The notes under the pieces were generated by a model. It ran no database searches. It saw only the letters and a list, made by a program, of their open reading frames with translations, and had not been told where the DNA came from. From positions 33,108,001-33,172,000 of the forward strand of contig OZ024758.1 of the NCBI GenBank assembly GCA_964016885.1: a stretch of DNA of 64,000 nt. Reading direction: 5' to 3'. Below are positions 12,945-25,714 of the stretch, piece by piece (positions within the stretch are counted from its first letter, which is position 1; each line of letters starts with the position of its first letter). This DNA is from Eledone cirrhosa (taxonomy: Eukaryota). The position numbers and the translations under genes were made by a program.

Positions 12945-15260
12945 GTATGACTGTGTAAGCTGCAAGGAGCATGTTTGGGCTGCAAGGAGCATGCTGAGGC
13001 TGCAAGGAGCATGCTGAGGCAGGCCTCCAGCAGATGGTGTAAGCAGTTGAAGACATTCCTCATGTCAAGCTTGACAATGAGGTGCCTGGCATCCCTCAAT
13101 TCTGGTGGGTAGCTAAGAAATGTCATATGGAGCCCCTAGCATACTCCTTGCTGCTGACATAGCCATACCTTCAGCCACTGGGGTCCAACAGGGTGACCAT
13201 TTGAGCCCCCTCCTATTTTCTCTTGGTATAGACCACATTGCTCGGAGTATCACAGCCCCTTTCAACGTTGGAACCTGGAGGATGCTATGTTGGGCGGGCC
13301 TTTGGAGACTGCCATGACCTGCGGATGGTGGTTCTGCTCTGGGGTGAATCGCCCTTGTCGTCAACTCATCCAAGTCAGAGGTGGTGCATGTCAACCACGA
13401 AGCAGAGGACTTTGCAGCCGCCATCTCAGATGTGCAATCCATTCTCCGCCGGGTGTAGGTGACCCTTAAAGAGGATATCCTCATCCTAGGGTTGCCTATC
13501 CTTCTGCCGGCCATCTGCCCCACCATCAGGTCCAGGCTCCAGCAGTGCATCACTCTCATGAGCAGACTGGTCATGATTGACACCCATCTAGGACTCTTCC
13601 TGTTGAGGAACTGCTTCGCCATGCCAAAGCTCTTCTATACCCTTCGTAGTGCTCCGTGCTACAGCCACGCATCTTTCCTTGCTGACCTCGACACTTGTAT
13701 CCCAGCGGCAACTGAGGAGATATGCACGTCAGGTTTGACGACTTTGGATGACAACAAGCCACTTTACCTGTCAGATATGGTGGCCTTGGCCTCTGGTGCC
13801 TGATCTCAGTGGCTTTGCCGGTGTTTCTTTCATTGGTAACCTCATCAATAAGGTTCTCCTAAACCCAATGGAATCCCCTGGGATCGAGGAACGTGAGGCC
13901 ACCTGCGATATGTGGAACCAGCTTGGACTTAGCCCAGTAAACGTCCCTCCTCCTTCTCTCCTTGCTGATGTCAAGTCTCCCCAGAGCATATGGGCTGCCA
14001 TCCAGTGCAACCTGGCCTCAGACAGGCCAGCACACCAGCTCGACCAGCAACGCCTCACATGATTTCGCACAGCCTCGCAACCCCACAGTGGTACCTGGAT
14101 CAATGACTTAACCTCCTTCTCTACTGGCGGATAATGATAGTCTGCACATCGGGGTTTACCTGAGGCTTGGCCTCCAGATCTGCAAGTCAAACAAATGTCA
14201 CTGTAGATCCACCATAGACTCTTTCGGCCTCCACCCACGTTCCTGTTGCTATAGTGCCGGCCTCCACCCACATTCCTGTTGCTATAGTGCCAGCCACCTT
14301 CCACACCATGCCGCTCTTAATGAAATCATAATGCACGGCTTGGATGCTGCAGGCTTCCCCTCCCAGCTCGAGCTGGTGGGGCTGGATTGAGGGGATGGCA
14401 AAAGGCCAGACGGCATGACCATCTCATTCTGCAATCATAAACCCCACATCTGGGATGCCACATGCAGTGATACATTCTCCAGCAGCAACCTGGTGCAGTC
14501 TGCGACTAACACAGGCTCTGCTACACTTCGGGCTGAGGAGAGTAAACTCACTAAATATCGGTTGTTCTCCAACAGGTTTATGGTCGAGCCCATAGCAGTG
14601 GAGTTTTCTGATGTCCTTGGCCCTGGGGCCACCTCCCTACACACCACCATCAACACCCTATAGAAGTGGAGACTTCTGATGTCCTTGGCCCTGGGGCCAC
14701 CTCCCTACACACCACCATCAACACCCTATAGAAGTGGAGACTTCTGATATCCTTGGCCCTGGGGCCACCTCCCTACTCACCACCATCAACACCCCATAGC
14801 AGTGGAGACTTCTGATTCCTTGGCCCTGGGGCCACCTCCCTACTTACCACCATCAACACCCCATAAAAGTGGAGACTTCTGATGTCCTTGGCCCCTGGGG
14901 CCACCTCCCTACTCACCACCATCAACACAGAGCTGGCTACCCATAGGTATGAGCCTTGTGAGCTGGAATAGCTCTTCCACCGTGTCTCTCTCACCATCCT
15001 CCAGGGAAACGCCTTCACTATTCTGTCCACCAGGGCCGCGAGTTGCCTAACACATGCTCCCCCACCCCACCCCACCATTTGCTCATAATAGTGAGAGATG
15101 GGGAGAGTGGGAGAGACAGAGGCAGTGAGAGTTTGGTTCCTTTGTGTTTGGACCTGGTGTTTCACAGACACACACTGAGGCACATCTAAGCCCCTGCTCC
15201 TAAGTTATTGTATTCATATTTGTAAACTTCATTTAATCCTTCTTATTAAAACTTTACATT
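12945..15260 (+). mobile_element. Decayed CRE-like non-LTR retrotransposon (RT plus restriction-like endonuclease)
   Basis: RT GVQQGDHLSPLLFSLGID, ILGLPI and LFLLRNCFAMPKLFYTLRS. C-terminal GKRPDG..WDATCSDTF..EESKLTKY..PIAVE..LGP matches the RLE of CRE-like elements. Many frameshifts. Confidence 0.8.
14590..14930 (+). repeat. 68-bp tandem repeat (~5 copies) inside the RLE coding region
   Basis: GGCCCTGGGGCCACCTCCCTAC recurs at 14619, 14687, 14755 and onward. Confidence 0.92.
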
Positions 15261-16350
15261 TTTAAATATATTTTTTAATCAAATATGTTATAGTATAATT
15301 TCTTTACATATAGTTTTAACCAATTCTAAAATAGACACATACTCTCTCACACACACAAGCTTGCATGTACACACACACACAAGCTTGCATGCACGCACAT
15401 ACACACATGCACAAGCTTGCAGGCAAACACACACGAACTGAGAAACTTGCATAAACACACACACGCATTTCTAATGTTTGTTGGCAACTTAGTTTTATTA
15501 ACAGAATTTTATGTTTGGTTGAATATTTGAAGGCGAATTAAATCTAAACTATAATAAAGGAAGGTCTGCGGGGCTGCGTCCATTTTTTTTTTTTTTAATC
15601 GAGTTAGTAAAATAAGTTTGATTACTTTGAATAAATAATGAATGAATATTACATAATTTATCTACTCAATTTCGTAAAAATAAATAATTTAAAATTGACT
15701 TCTTTTCAAAATTGCACTTCCGGTAAATCGTTGCCACCACCACCACTTCAACTACCATATATAGAGAAAGAGAGAGTGTGTGATGTCAACACTTGCGGTG
15801 GCGATCACTTAAATAAACACTCATTTTCTGTCACTAATTTTCTCCTAATGCAGTTTATATATAATATCGTCTTTTTTAATGTATCATGGATTACTTTACC
15901 GATTACAGAAGACAGTGTAACGTAGTCTTTGTTCAATTTCTGTTTATATTGTCAATTACGATTTTATTTGATGTATATTGTATATATACTTGCGTATAAT
16001 ATCAATATACACACTACACATGCTAGTATTTATAATGACTATTTAGAAGATTAGAATTTCCCTATAGTATTTTAGAGTCTCTAATATCTTGTAAATGGAA
16101 CTACGTTAGCTTTTAACTCAACTGAACTGTGAACTGTTCCTGGCTCTTCTTTCTTCTATCCATAGCTAACTATGAAGAACTATCATACCCTTTAAATTGT
16201 TTTCTTGGTCAAAATGTTAGATTTTTGTTGTTGTAAAACTGTTTAGTTTTTATAACTAACCAGCTGCAAAGTGTTTGTAAATAGTTTGTGGGTTCCCATA
16301 GAATATCAGTGGTAAAAGTACTTTGAAGTATGCCATGTCATGGTTCTCTA

Positions 16351-16600
16351 ATATAGGTACCAGAATGATATACAGCATGTCTTGAGTGCCCTGCCATAGA
16401 TCCCTAACTCCTGGTGGAGTTATATAGGTACCAGATTGATATACAGTATGTCTTGAGTGCCCTGCCATAGATCCCTAACTCCTGATGGAGTTATATAGGT
16501 ACCAGATTGAAATACAGCATGTCTTGAGTGCCCTGCCATAGATCCCTAACTCCTGATGGAGTTATATAGGTACCAGATTGATATACAGCATGTCTTGAGC
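16351..16600 (+). repeat. 71-bp tandem repeat (~3.5 copies) derived from an interspersed repeat
   Basis: ATATAGGTACCAG at 16351, 16422, 16493 and 16564. The unit resembles single-copy sequence at ~17445-17515. Confidence 0.9.
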
Positions 16601-16701
16601 ATTTTAACTTAGTTGAGCCGATCTTGTTCCAGATCTGAAACACTTGATTTGTTCTAGAGAAAAACAGAGTGAGACAACAAAAGTGAAAAAGATATCTAGA
16701 G

Positions 16702-16854
16702 TAGTGGTTGGTAACTAGTGGTCTGCTGACCAATGGTGGTCCACAGAAAAAATTTAATGTATTTGTCTTTTTAGAAAAGTTCATATCGGTGGTCCACAGG
16801 ATTTAAAATTATGAATTTGGTGGTCTGTGAGGTCGGAAAGGTTGGTGACCACTG
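16702..16854. mobile_element. hAT-like MITE (degenerate)
   Basis: Ends TAGTGGTTGGTAAC and GTTGGTGACCACTG, with internal GGTGGTCCACAG repeats. Confidence 0.55.
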
Positions 16855-17098
16855 ATCTAAAGGACGTATCAACCCCAGTACTGGACTGGTTGATATGTTA
16901 TCAATTGACATCAAAAGGATGAAAGACAAAAGTGACTTGGGTGGGAATTGAATTCAGAGAACCAGAACAAATACCACAAAGCATTCTAACTAATGTTCTA
17001 ACGACTCTGCCAATTTGCAGCCACTTTGAAGTATTCTGCTATCAATTCTGAAAGTATGGTTTAAGAGGGTGGTTCTATTGGACTAAAGTATAAAGTAT

Positions 17099-17138
17099 AT
17101 TGCTTCTCAGCCTTTTCGCTAAGATCAAAGTGAAGTAT
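17099..17138 (+). pseudogene. U2: 3'-truncated U2 snRNA retropseudogene
   Basis: ATTGCTTCTCAGCCTTTTCGCTAAGATCAAAGTGAAGTAT matches the U2 5' end (ATCGCTTCTCGGCCTTTTGGCTAAGATCAAAGTGTAGTAT). Flanked by the direct repeat AAGTATAAAGTA. Confidence 0.9.
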
Positions 17139-17617
17139 AAAGTAAAAATAACTGTTTTTGTTACAACTCTATAAATTTCTATGAGTGTGCATGTATTCAT
17201 ATGAATGCATATTGTTGAAGATAAGGTATTGATTACTGAGTCTAGATGTTAAGGCACATTTTTCTGCTTCTCTTATCTTTAGTTACTCTCCTCATCCATG
17301 CTCAGTTAACATTGGAAAAAGTATCCTACAGTAAACCAACAGTTTGAACTATTTGCAAACCAGTATCTTAAATGAAGATTCATTAAAATGAATGTGTTGG
17401 TCTACATACTTTTTGTCATCATCATCATTATATAACTGTGTATGTATGACCCCATAACTCCTGATAGAGTCGTAGGGGTGCCGTATTGACATACAGCATT
17501 TCTTGGGCATTTTAAGCCTGGCAGAGCCCATTCCTCTCCAGACCTGAGTACAGCAGATTTCTTCCAGAGAAAGATAGAAAGTGAGAGAGAGAGGAAATGA
17601 GAAAGAGATATAGAGGA

Positions 17618-17778
17618 AGAATCGACCCCAGTAGTAGACTGGTACTTTTTTTTATCAACCTCAAAAGGATGAAAGGCAAAGTTGACCTCGGCGGAATTTG
17701 AACTCAGAAAGCAGAGATCCAGAACAAATACCACAAGGCATTCCATCCGACGTTCTAGCGACTGCCAATTCGCCACCT
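17618..17778 (-). mobile_element. SINE family A copy
   Basis: Minus-strand head GGTGGCGAATTGGCAG, B box GAGTTCAAATTCC and the conserved core. A more decayed copy lies at ~16865-17022. Confidence 0.85.
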
Positions 17779-19419
17779 ATTTATATAACTATATATATAT
17801 ATAAAATTCAGGTGTGCTGTGTGTTTTGTTTACTAGTATGATGATTACTCCACTTTGTCAAGGGATAGTCATCTCATACAAGACATCTGTGCAACATTAT
17901 TATCATAAGTTTAATTTAAATATCAAGCTGAAATAATTTTTTTGCGATAAATAATTGTCTCAAGAACAAATAAACAGGATTATAAAAGTTGCAAATTAAA
18001 AATAATAAGATATTTTTAATGTGAAAATTATTGGTCCATCATCATCATCAATATTATTATTATTATTATTATTATTATTTAATGTCTGTTTTCCCTTCTA
18101 GCAAGAGTTGCACAGGTACATTGTAGTTTAATGACTTATAGTTAGTAAGATTACTATTCAATAATATCATTCTGTTTCTATGGATTGGTATTTACTCTCC
18201 TTCCTTGCCTCATTTGAGATAAACTGCCATTTTGTTGGTACAAATTGTGGTGGATTGGCAGAGTTATTAGGGCAGTGCGAAAGTACTTTGGGGCATTTGT
18301 TTTGACTCTCTTTGCCACCAGTTCAAATCACAGCGATGTCAACTGTTTCACATGAATGAAACATTTCTAGTCTTGTAGAAGTCAATTCTCTACAAAATAA
18401 AAATGCTTATACTCTATCAACATATTGAGTACCTTCTGTGGTCACCTCCCCTTCAGGGAATCTGCATACATGCCAGATAGATAGATAGAGGGATAGGTAG
18501 ATAGATGGATGGATCACCATTATCATCATCATTTAATGAATCAGTACTGAAGCAGACCTCTGATGTCTGAGATGGACTTGGAGGCCCACATCTCTATGTA
18601 TCTCTCTTGCTGCCATTCTCTCACTCTTTATCCTTCTTTAGAAGAAATCTGTTGTATTCAGACCTGGAGTGGCAAGGACATGGCCAAATTTTAAAATGTG
18701 CTAGAAATGCCACATGTCAATATGGCACCCTGTGACACCCCCAGGACTTACGTGATCATATATGCCCAAGATACCATGTATTGGGATTGAACCTGAGACT
18801 TAGTGATTGCAAAATGAACTTATTAACCATTTGGTTATGCTGTGTTTACTTGTTTATGGAGTGAGTATCGTCTCACAGAAAATAATCCCACAAAACAAGC
18901 AGATTTCAACATTTATAAAACATAATTATTGCCCAAGGCTCACGTGGGAAAATCTTTACAGAAAAATAATTTTAAACAATGTAACTTATTATTACAATAA
19001 TTATTATATTAAACTTCTAAATGTATCAATTACATAATAAGCATTTAAATGATAAATTTCAGAATTAAATATATTCTGAGTGTTTGATGTGAAAACTCTT
19101 GCTTGTATCAAAATATTTTTATGTAATGTGGTTGATTCTGATATGAATCAATAGTATCAACGCAAAGCTAACATATATCTAAAGAAAGCAAGGTCACACA
19201 AACAAAACTCAGCTATAAACATGGCATATATTTCACATGGCTAAAATTGTTCACCAATTCGTTTTTCTTTCAAAAAGTCATTAATAAACCATAAATAGCT
19301 GATAGGTCTATACAAAGATTAGCCCTTAACATCCTGTACCACATGAAATAACATGAGCAAGACATTCTTGAAATTTCAAAATAGCATTATGACTATATCA
19401 CATCTAAAAGTCTTTATAT

Positions 19420-19898
19420 TTAACTCTTTCTTCACTGAGTTTCTAATGAAATACACTGTTTTGATTAATTACTGAAGTATTTTGAAGGATTTACTAAAAT
19501 TATTAATTATTTCATTACTAAGATATTAACTTAATATAAGGTTATAATATAAAATTATTTTGGAAGATTTTAGTTTAAACTGGAAACCTTTAAAATGGGT
19601 GATTTTATTTCATAGAACTAGAGCTGGTTTTGGCTGGGTTGGTAACAAAAGGATTAAATAATATTTAAAGAAAATTTAACCCTCTCATAACTCATTTCTA
19701 ATGTATTACACTATTTTAATTAATCAATAAAGAATTCTGAGGGCTTTATTAAAGTTACTAATTATTTCATTACTGAGATAGTAAAGTTCTTATATAAAAT
19801 TAAGTGCAAAGATTTTAATTTAAATTGGAAACCTTTAAAATGGTTTTATTTCATAGAACCAGAGCTGGTTTTGGCCAAGTTGGTAACTAAAGGGTTAA
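19420..19898. mobile_element. Two adjacent TTAA-flanked MITEs of a second piggyBac-like family
   Basis: 19420-19657 and 19676-19898 are similar direct copies, each starting TTAAC(C/T)CT and ending A(G)GG(A)TTAA. Confidence 0.7.
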
Positions 19899-20708
19899 TA
19901 CTTTATTCTAATTAAAAAGAAACCCATGCATAGAATAATGATTTTAACAATAACTTATGAAAAAAGTAAACACTGCAATACTGACAAACAACATTTTAGT
20001 CTGTTGACTTCATTTTCATGGTGAGAGGAGGGAGAGGGGCATCTGATTTAGTCAGTCTTTGACATCAGATGATGTAGAATATATAATATTGAAAATTAAC
20101 ATTAGAAAATAGGACAAATAATATTTGGCAAAAACGAAAAAAAAAAAAAAAAAAAAACTTTAAAGAGACATATGGCTGGTTATAAGCACACAATATCTAG
20201 AAATCAATGAAAAAAAACCCTAGAAAATTGAACATGTCTGAATCTGTCAAAGTATTGTGAAACCAAAACAGCTTTAAATTGCAAATGTGGCTGCTGCTGC
20301 CCAGTGAGCTTCATTTTGTTGCTATTTAATCTATAATAATGAGTTGATTTCCTAAGTGAACATTTCCTGAAGCAAGAAAATACTTCAATGACTAACAAAA
20401 GACACGATGGAATATGAAATGGAAACTAAGCCATTCCTATAAAACCCTATGGGAAACAAGTGTATGCATGTACAGATATATATTAATACTATATATATAT
20501 CTAGCTATTATACACACAAAGAGAAGTTGGAGAAGAAAAAATATTGTAGTTATAGATTGGTTGTTTTACTAGGACTCTCTGACAACAAACACTCAAGTGT
20601 TACATCAAAAGAAACAAGTGTAAAAAGTACAATGTCAGAATCTTTCTTTTGTTGATTAATAGGTGAAAAAAAAATATATATATAAACATAAATATTTAAT
20701 ATAGAAAT

Positions 20709-20760
20709 GGCTTCTACAGGACTAGAACTGTTTCATTTGAAGGAAATCATCAAAAAAGCC
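20709..20760 (-). ncRNA. Hammerhead motif with a C3U core change
   Basis: Reverse complement reads GGCTTT-TTGATGA-tttccttcaaat-GAAA-CAG ttctagtc CTG-TA-GAAGCC. A truncated second copy lies at 27905-27945. Confidence 0.65.
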
Positions 20761-21924
20761 AACTGTCGATGTGATATGGTGGTATTTATACATTTTTTAG
20801 TGGTAGGGAAGGAGGTGACTTGGATGGGTGGAGGTCATTAGTTGATGGATTTAAAGAATGGGGATTCTTTGAAAAAAAACTATATTTAGAGGAGAATACA
20901 TAGTGATCCTTTCTATTGCGATTACAATTTATTATAACCACCCCTTCACATTTAGGCAACTTATTACTTTGTTTCTAAACAAGCCCCACTTATATTTATG
21001 TTTGCTAATATAACAACCCTTTATTTTTATTTAGTAGTATCTTTTCAATACTTGTATAATTAACTAGTATAATTCTTTATCCTTTAATATTGCATAACAT
21101 TTTAAGTATATATAATTAATCTTTTTATCTGTATTTTGTAAACTTATTATTTTTTAAATTCTCTAGTTCTATAATCCTTAACCTTGAAAAAAATGTTTAA
21201 GTCGATACATCTTTACATACTAAATATTTCTATTTTTCCTTATTAATTATTTAGTAACTCTCTAATATATAGAATGTCTTACATAAATTACCTGCCCTTT
21301 ATTTATCTCGTCTTAACCGTTTTTTTAAGGATAAAAATTTTTAAATTCCAAGTTAAGATTGATGCTCTGTACGCTCAATGATATATGATTTTGTCTCCTC
21401 TATTCAACTATGTGGTACTTTTAGATGATGTGTCTTGATAACACTTCAATCAATATTTGATTTTTTTACTTTGATGATTCTGTTTACTCCTTTGGATGGT
21501 TTGAATAATAATTACTATGACTGAATTACATAGTCGAACATTTTTAAAGGCATTATTAAAAATATTTTTTGGAGATGTATTTTTAAATATATATTTTAAA
21601 ATTTATATTTGAATTGTATGCCTTCTCTTATTAAATTTTTTAACTACTTAAGATATATGTTTTTCACTGTACTTACCTTTTCTCTAGCAACATGTCTAAT
21701 AATTTTTCTGTAACAGTATGTTTTTTTTATTTTTTTATTACTAATGCTTTTATCTGCTCCTAATTTTTATTGCATTTATATGCTCTTATTCATATGCTAC
21801 TTCTGCCTCTATTATCTTATATAAATCTTGATACTTATGCTTATCTAGCCTCCCATATTATGTATCCTCCTAATGTTCTTGTGACAAAGTTTTGATATTA
21901 TATTTGTGTTTGACTTTTGTTATC

Positions 21925-21971
21925 TACTCTGATGATTCTGGCCTTGTGCTAGGATGAAACGATTGTAAGTG
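21925..21971 (+). ncRNA. Type I hammerhead ribozyme motif
   Basis: TACT-CTGATGA-TTCTGGC cttgt GCTAGGA t-GAAAC gatt GTA-AGTG. Confidence 0.7.
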
Positions 21972-22080
21972 ATTAAATGTTTTAAACACTCTTTGATTGT
22001 CATTTACATTGTATGTATATATATAAACATATATATATATATATAAATATGTATATATAAACACACACACACACACACAC

Positions 22081-23082
22081 ATGGCTTAGTGGTTAGCGCA
22101 TTGGGCTTGCAATCGAAAGGTTGTGAGTTCATCAATTCTCAGACCGGGTGATGTGTTGTCTCCTTGAGGATAGTCCTCCTCTTTGGCTGTGAAACATGGC
22201 CTATGAGAGTAGTCGATCAACGAGGGCTGGAGGTCTTCGACAATGACTGTCTCCGTCGCACTCTTCGCTGCCGACGCATTGATCGGGTACCTACCGCCAG
22301 TCTTCATCTTCGCCTGAATGCTTGACCCTTTCCTTCAGTACTTCTGCAACGGTGCTTGAGATGATTTGGTCACGCAGCCCGGCACACTGAGGGTGAACTG
22401 ATCCGTGATGTTCTCCTACCACCTCCACTCCCTAAATGGCGCAAGTGCGTTGGCGGACAGCTGAAGACCTGGGCAACAACGATCAAGGAGGACCTCTCCG
22501 AACTCTCAGGTCAGCAGGTGGTCGGCCTGCGCCGATAGAACCGTGACTGGCTCGCTATCTCAAGTGACCTAGCCTGGGACCATCGTGCGTAGGCTGCCAT
22601 GGTTTGGGATGCCGTCAGGACAAGGGAAGAAGCCGGCTCAATCCGTCCAGGGTGAATGTCGACACAAGTACAAGTAAGTACAAGTTGTTTCCACTTTATT
22701 TCACATTGCTCCAATTTACTCAGCTGTAGAAATGAGATGATAGGGACTGGGGTCCCTATCATTCCACTGCAAAGTGGTCATGGAGGTGTCACGGCAAAAA
22801 AACACCCAGCCCACACTGTAAAGTTGGTGTGGAGGTGCCAAGGCAAAAAAGCACCCAGCCCACACTGTAAAGTGGTCATGGAGGTGCCACAGCAAAAAAT
22901 CACCCAGCACTCACTGTAAATGAGGTTGGTGTTAGGAAGGGCATCCAGCTGTAGAAATCAAGCCAGAATCAGTTCTCATATGAGCAAGACAAGGTCAGCT
23001 GACCGGACACTGCCCATAACAGGACAACCCGTCTAACCCATGTTAGCGTGAAAGAACGGATATAAAACTGTGATGATGATGA
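22081..23082 (+). mobile_element. tRNA/CORE-like SINE family B interrupted by a LINE 3' fragment
   Basis: A box TGGCTTAGTGG and a CORE-like segment split at ~22168-22690. 3' tail shared with the RTE LINE and ending in (GAT)n. Confidence 0.85.
22168..22686 (+). mobile_element. RTE-like LINE 3' fragment with a (CAAGTA)n tail
   Basis: GC-rich decayed coding sequence (GCETW-like, LR*FGHAAR, GGQLKTW) ending CAAGTACAAGTAAGTACAAG. Confidence 0.75.
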
Positions 23083-23370
23083 TAATATATAAATATCCAG
23101 GGAGTGTAACAAACTTACTGTAGGTTCCTGTCAGTGGCGAGGTGTAGAGTTAGACAGAGGGTATTACAAGGACAAATGTTAAGCCGTCATTACCTTTATT
23201 GATTGGTGACACGCGTTTCTCTATTGATCAGTTCAAGGTTCAATCTGTATCGACCTAGCACGACTCTAGAATCAAAAGTTGCCGGACCTCTGCTGAATGA
23301 ACAATAACTAAACGTGCGTCATCAATAAACGTAATGAAAGCTTAACAAATTGTCCTTGTATTATTTTATA

Positions 23371-23757
23371 TCATCCTCATCATCATCGTTTTGCGTCCGT
23401 TCTTCCACGCTAGCATGGGTTAGACGGGTTGTCCTGTTATGGGCAGTGTCCGGTCGGCTAACTTTGTCTTGCTCATACGAGAACTAATTCTGGCTTGATT
23501 TCTAAAGCTGGATGCCCTTCCTAACACCAACATCATTTACAGTGAGTGCTGGATGCTTTTTTTCCATGGCGCCTACTCATCCACTTTGCAGTGGAATGAT
23601 AGGGACCCCAGTCCCTGTCATCTCATTTCTACAGCTGAGTAAACTGGAGCAATGTGAAATAAAGTGTCTTGCTCAAGGAAACAACACATCACACGGTCTG
23701 AGAATTGAACTCACAACCTTCCGATTGCAAGCCCAATGCTCTAACCACTAAGCCATA
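23371..23757 (-). mobile_element. Full-length SINE family B
   Basis: Minus-strand A box TGGCTTAGTGG, B box GAGTTCAATTC, CORE-like CCTTGAGCAAGACACTTTATTTCACATTGCTCCAG and an RTE-like 3' tail. Confidence 0.9.
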
Positions 23758-23774
23758 TGCTTTATTTATATATA

Positions 23775-24929
23775 TCATCATCATCATCATCATCATCAAC
23801 GTTTAACGTCCGTGTTCCACGCTTGCATGGGTTTGGACGGGGGTAGTCCCACTTGAGGCAAGAGTGATTGTCTTGCTCGTATAGGACTGTCTGGCAGGTT
23901 TTCTACAGTTGGATGCCCTTCCTAACACCAACCACATTTACAGTGTGGGTCTGGGAGGTTTTTACCGTGTTGCCTACACGGCCACATTACAGCGTGGACT
24001 GTGTGTTTTTTTGTCGTGACACCTACATGATCTCATTTGTTTCGGCCTCGATGGCGCGGCACCAACATAACTTTACATAGAACGGGGTGGTGTGGATCGG
24101 GTGGGGGTGGGGGTGGTGGGACGGGGTGTATTTTGTTAGAGATGCCTACTGGCTGGAGTAGGTTTTACTATATATTTAGGTAAGGCGGGTCTTCTCTGTT
24201 ACTGAGTACCGTCAAAGGTCTCGGTCCAGTGACATTGTCTTGGAGAGGTGTAAGTGTGTGATGTCGGAGTTTATCAGCTCGTCCCAGGTTTTTCTAGGTC
24301 TGCCTATTCCGTGACTACCGTCTATCTTTATTGCCCTGCACTTTGTTATACAGCTATCGACTTTCATGCGCATCACGTGTCCATACCAACGTAGCCTTCT
24401 CTCGAGTAAACAACATCTGATCCCTCTTATCTCTAATTTATTCCTTAGTTCGTTTATGCTTTGCCGTTCACGTATATTACTGTTACACATCCAGCGGAGC
24501 ATGCAAGCTTCGTTCCTCTCTAGTCTGCGTATATCCTCTGCACACAATGCCCAGGTCTCACTGCCATGCAGCATTGCTGTTCGTATGCAGGCATCGTACA
24601 ACCTGCCTTTCATTTTTAGTGAGAACCCTTTAGCAGCTAATAGTGGTATAAGCTCTCTGAACTTTTTCCAACCAGTTCTGACTCTAGCTACAGTACTTTC
24701 AGAGCACCCTCCCCCACTGCTGATTTTATCGCCCAGGTAACGGAAGCTGTCCACTATTTCTATAGAACCCTCTGCGCAATTGAAAGAGCTAGTAGTTTGT
24801 GGGCACTTGCTGCTACTTATTGCACCAGAGCACCGGCCACATGTAAAATCTATGTTCTTAGTTAGCTTACCTGTGATCCCACTACATCTTTTATGCACCC
24901 ATACTTTGCATTTAGGACATAAAATGGAG

Positions 24930-24930
<1 letters not shown>
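23775..24930 (-). mobile_element. 5'-truncated RTE LINE, same family as 4108-6285
   Basis: ORF 24212..24898 is near-identical to the C-terminal half of ORF 4489..5868. Same 3' UTR and tail. Confidence 0.95.
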
Positions 24931-24999
<69 letters not shown>

Positions 25000-25274
25000 G
25001 GAATAGAATGAAATGAAATTTAATTTCTCACTCTTAGTACGGCACTAACTTAAATGTAAGTATGTATGTATACGTACATACATATATGTATACAGACGTA
25101 CAGTAGTATGTATATATATATATACATACATGCACACATATATATATGCACGTATCGGTTTACCGAACATTTATTATAATGCTCGGTTTGTTTGTAAACA
25201 AACAAACAGCCCGAATTACGCCGTACAGTGTTTAGGCAACCACGTCACCTTTTTGTTCAACACAGACACAGGAA

Positions 25275-25315
25275 CGATGTACTAGTTTCAAGCTTATTAG
25301 CTATCGTCAGCATCG
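25275..25315 (-). ncRNA. Minimal type I hammerhead ribozyme
   Basis: Reverse complement reads CGATG-CTGACGA-tAGCT aata AGCTt-GAAAC-TA-GTA-CATCG. Intact core, 5-bp stem I and palindromic ACTAGT stem III. Confidence 0.88.
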
Positions 25316-25714
25316 CATACCTTCTTGCCAGATGGTTGAACGTCTGAAAGTATATACTTTCCTTATGCATATTAACGGCTGAGCAGCCTAATTTGCATAT
25401 CAAGTGAGTTCAGTCGGCCGGGCACACTGAAAACGATAAATGGAATAGAATGAAACAAAATTTCATTTCTCACTCTTAGTACGGCACTTACTTAAATATA
25501 AGTATGTATGTATGTATACGTACATACATATATGTATACAGATGTATAGTAGTATGTATATATATACATACATGCACACATATATATATGCACGTATCGG
25601 TTTACCGAACATTTATTATAATGCTCGGTTTGTTTACAAACAAACAAAGCCCGAATTACGCCGTACAGTGTTTAGGCAACCACGTCACCTTTTTGTTCAA
25701 CACTGACACAGGAA

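Larger units (their letters stand above)
20700..22010. mobile_element. Decayed Penelope-like region bounded by outward-facing hammerhead motifs
   Basis: Minus-strand hammerhead at 20709-20760 and plus-strand hammerhead at 21925-21971. The AT-rich interior has a weak minus-strand SIEKILLNKNKGLLY remnant resembling PLE N-terminal motifs. TA-rich flanks. Confidence 0.5.

Noticed and set aside
15543-16026. Possible Helitron (TCTAAACTATAATAAAG...CTAGT)
   Set aside because: The termini fit loosely, but there is no clear subterminal hairpin and no second copy in the window.
22081-22135. tRNA gene
   Set aside because: The A and B boxes belong to a SINE head that continues into CORE-like sequence, and no full cloverleaf is evident.
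25391-25398. Octamer ATTTGCAT in each 440-bp unit as a promoter element
   Set aside because: A single 8-mer in AT-rich DNA with no identifiable PSE or TATA context, so it cannot be supported.
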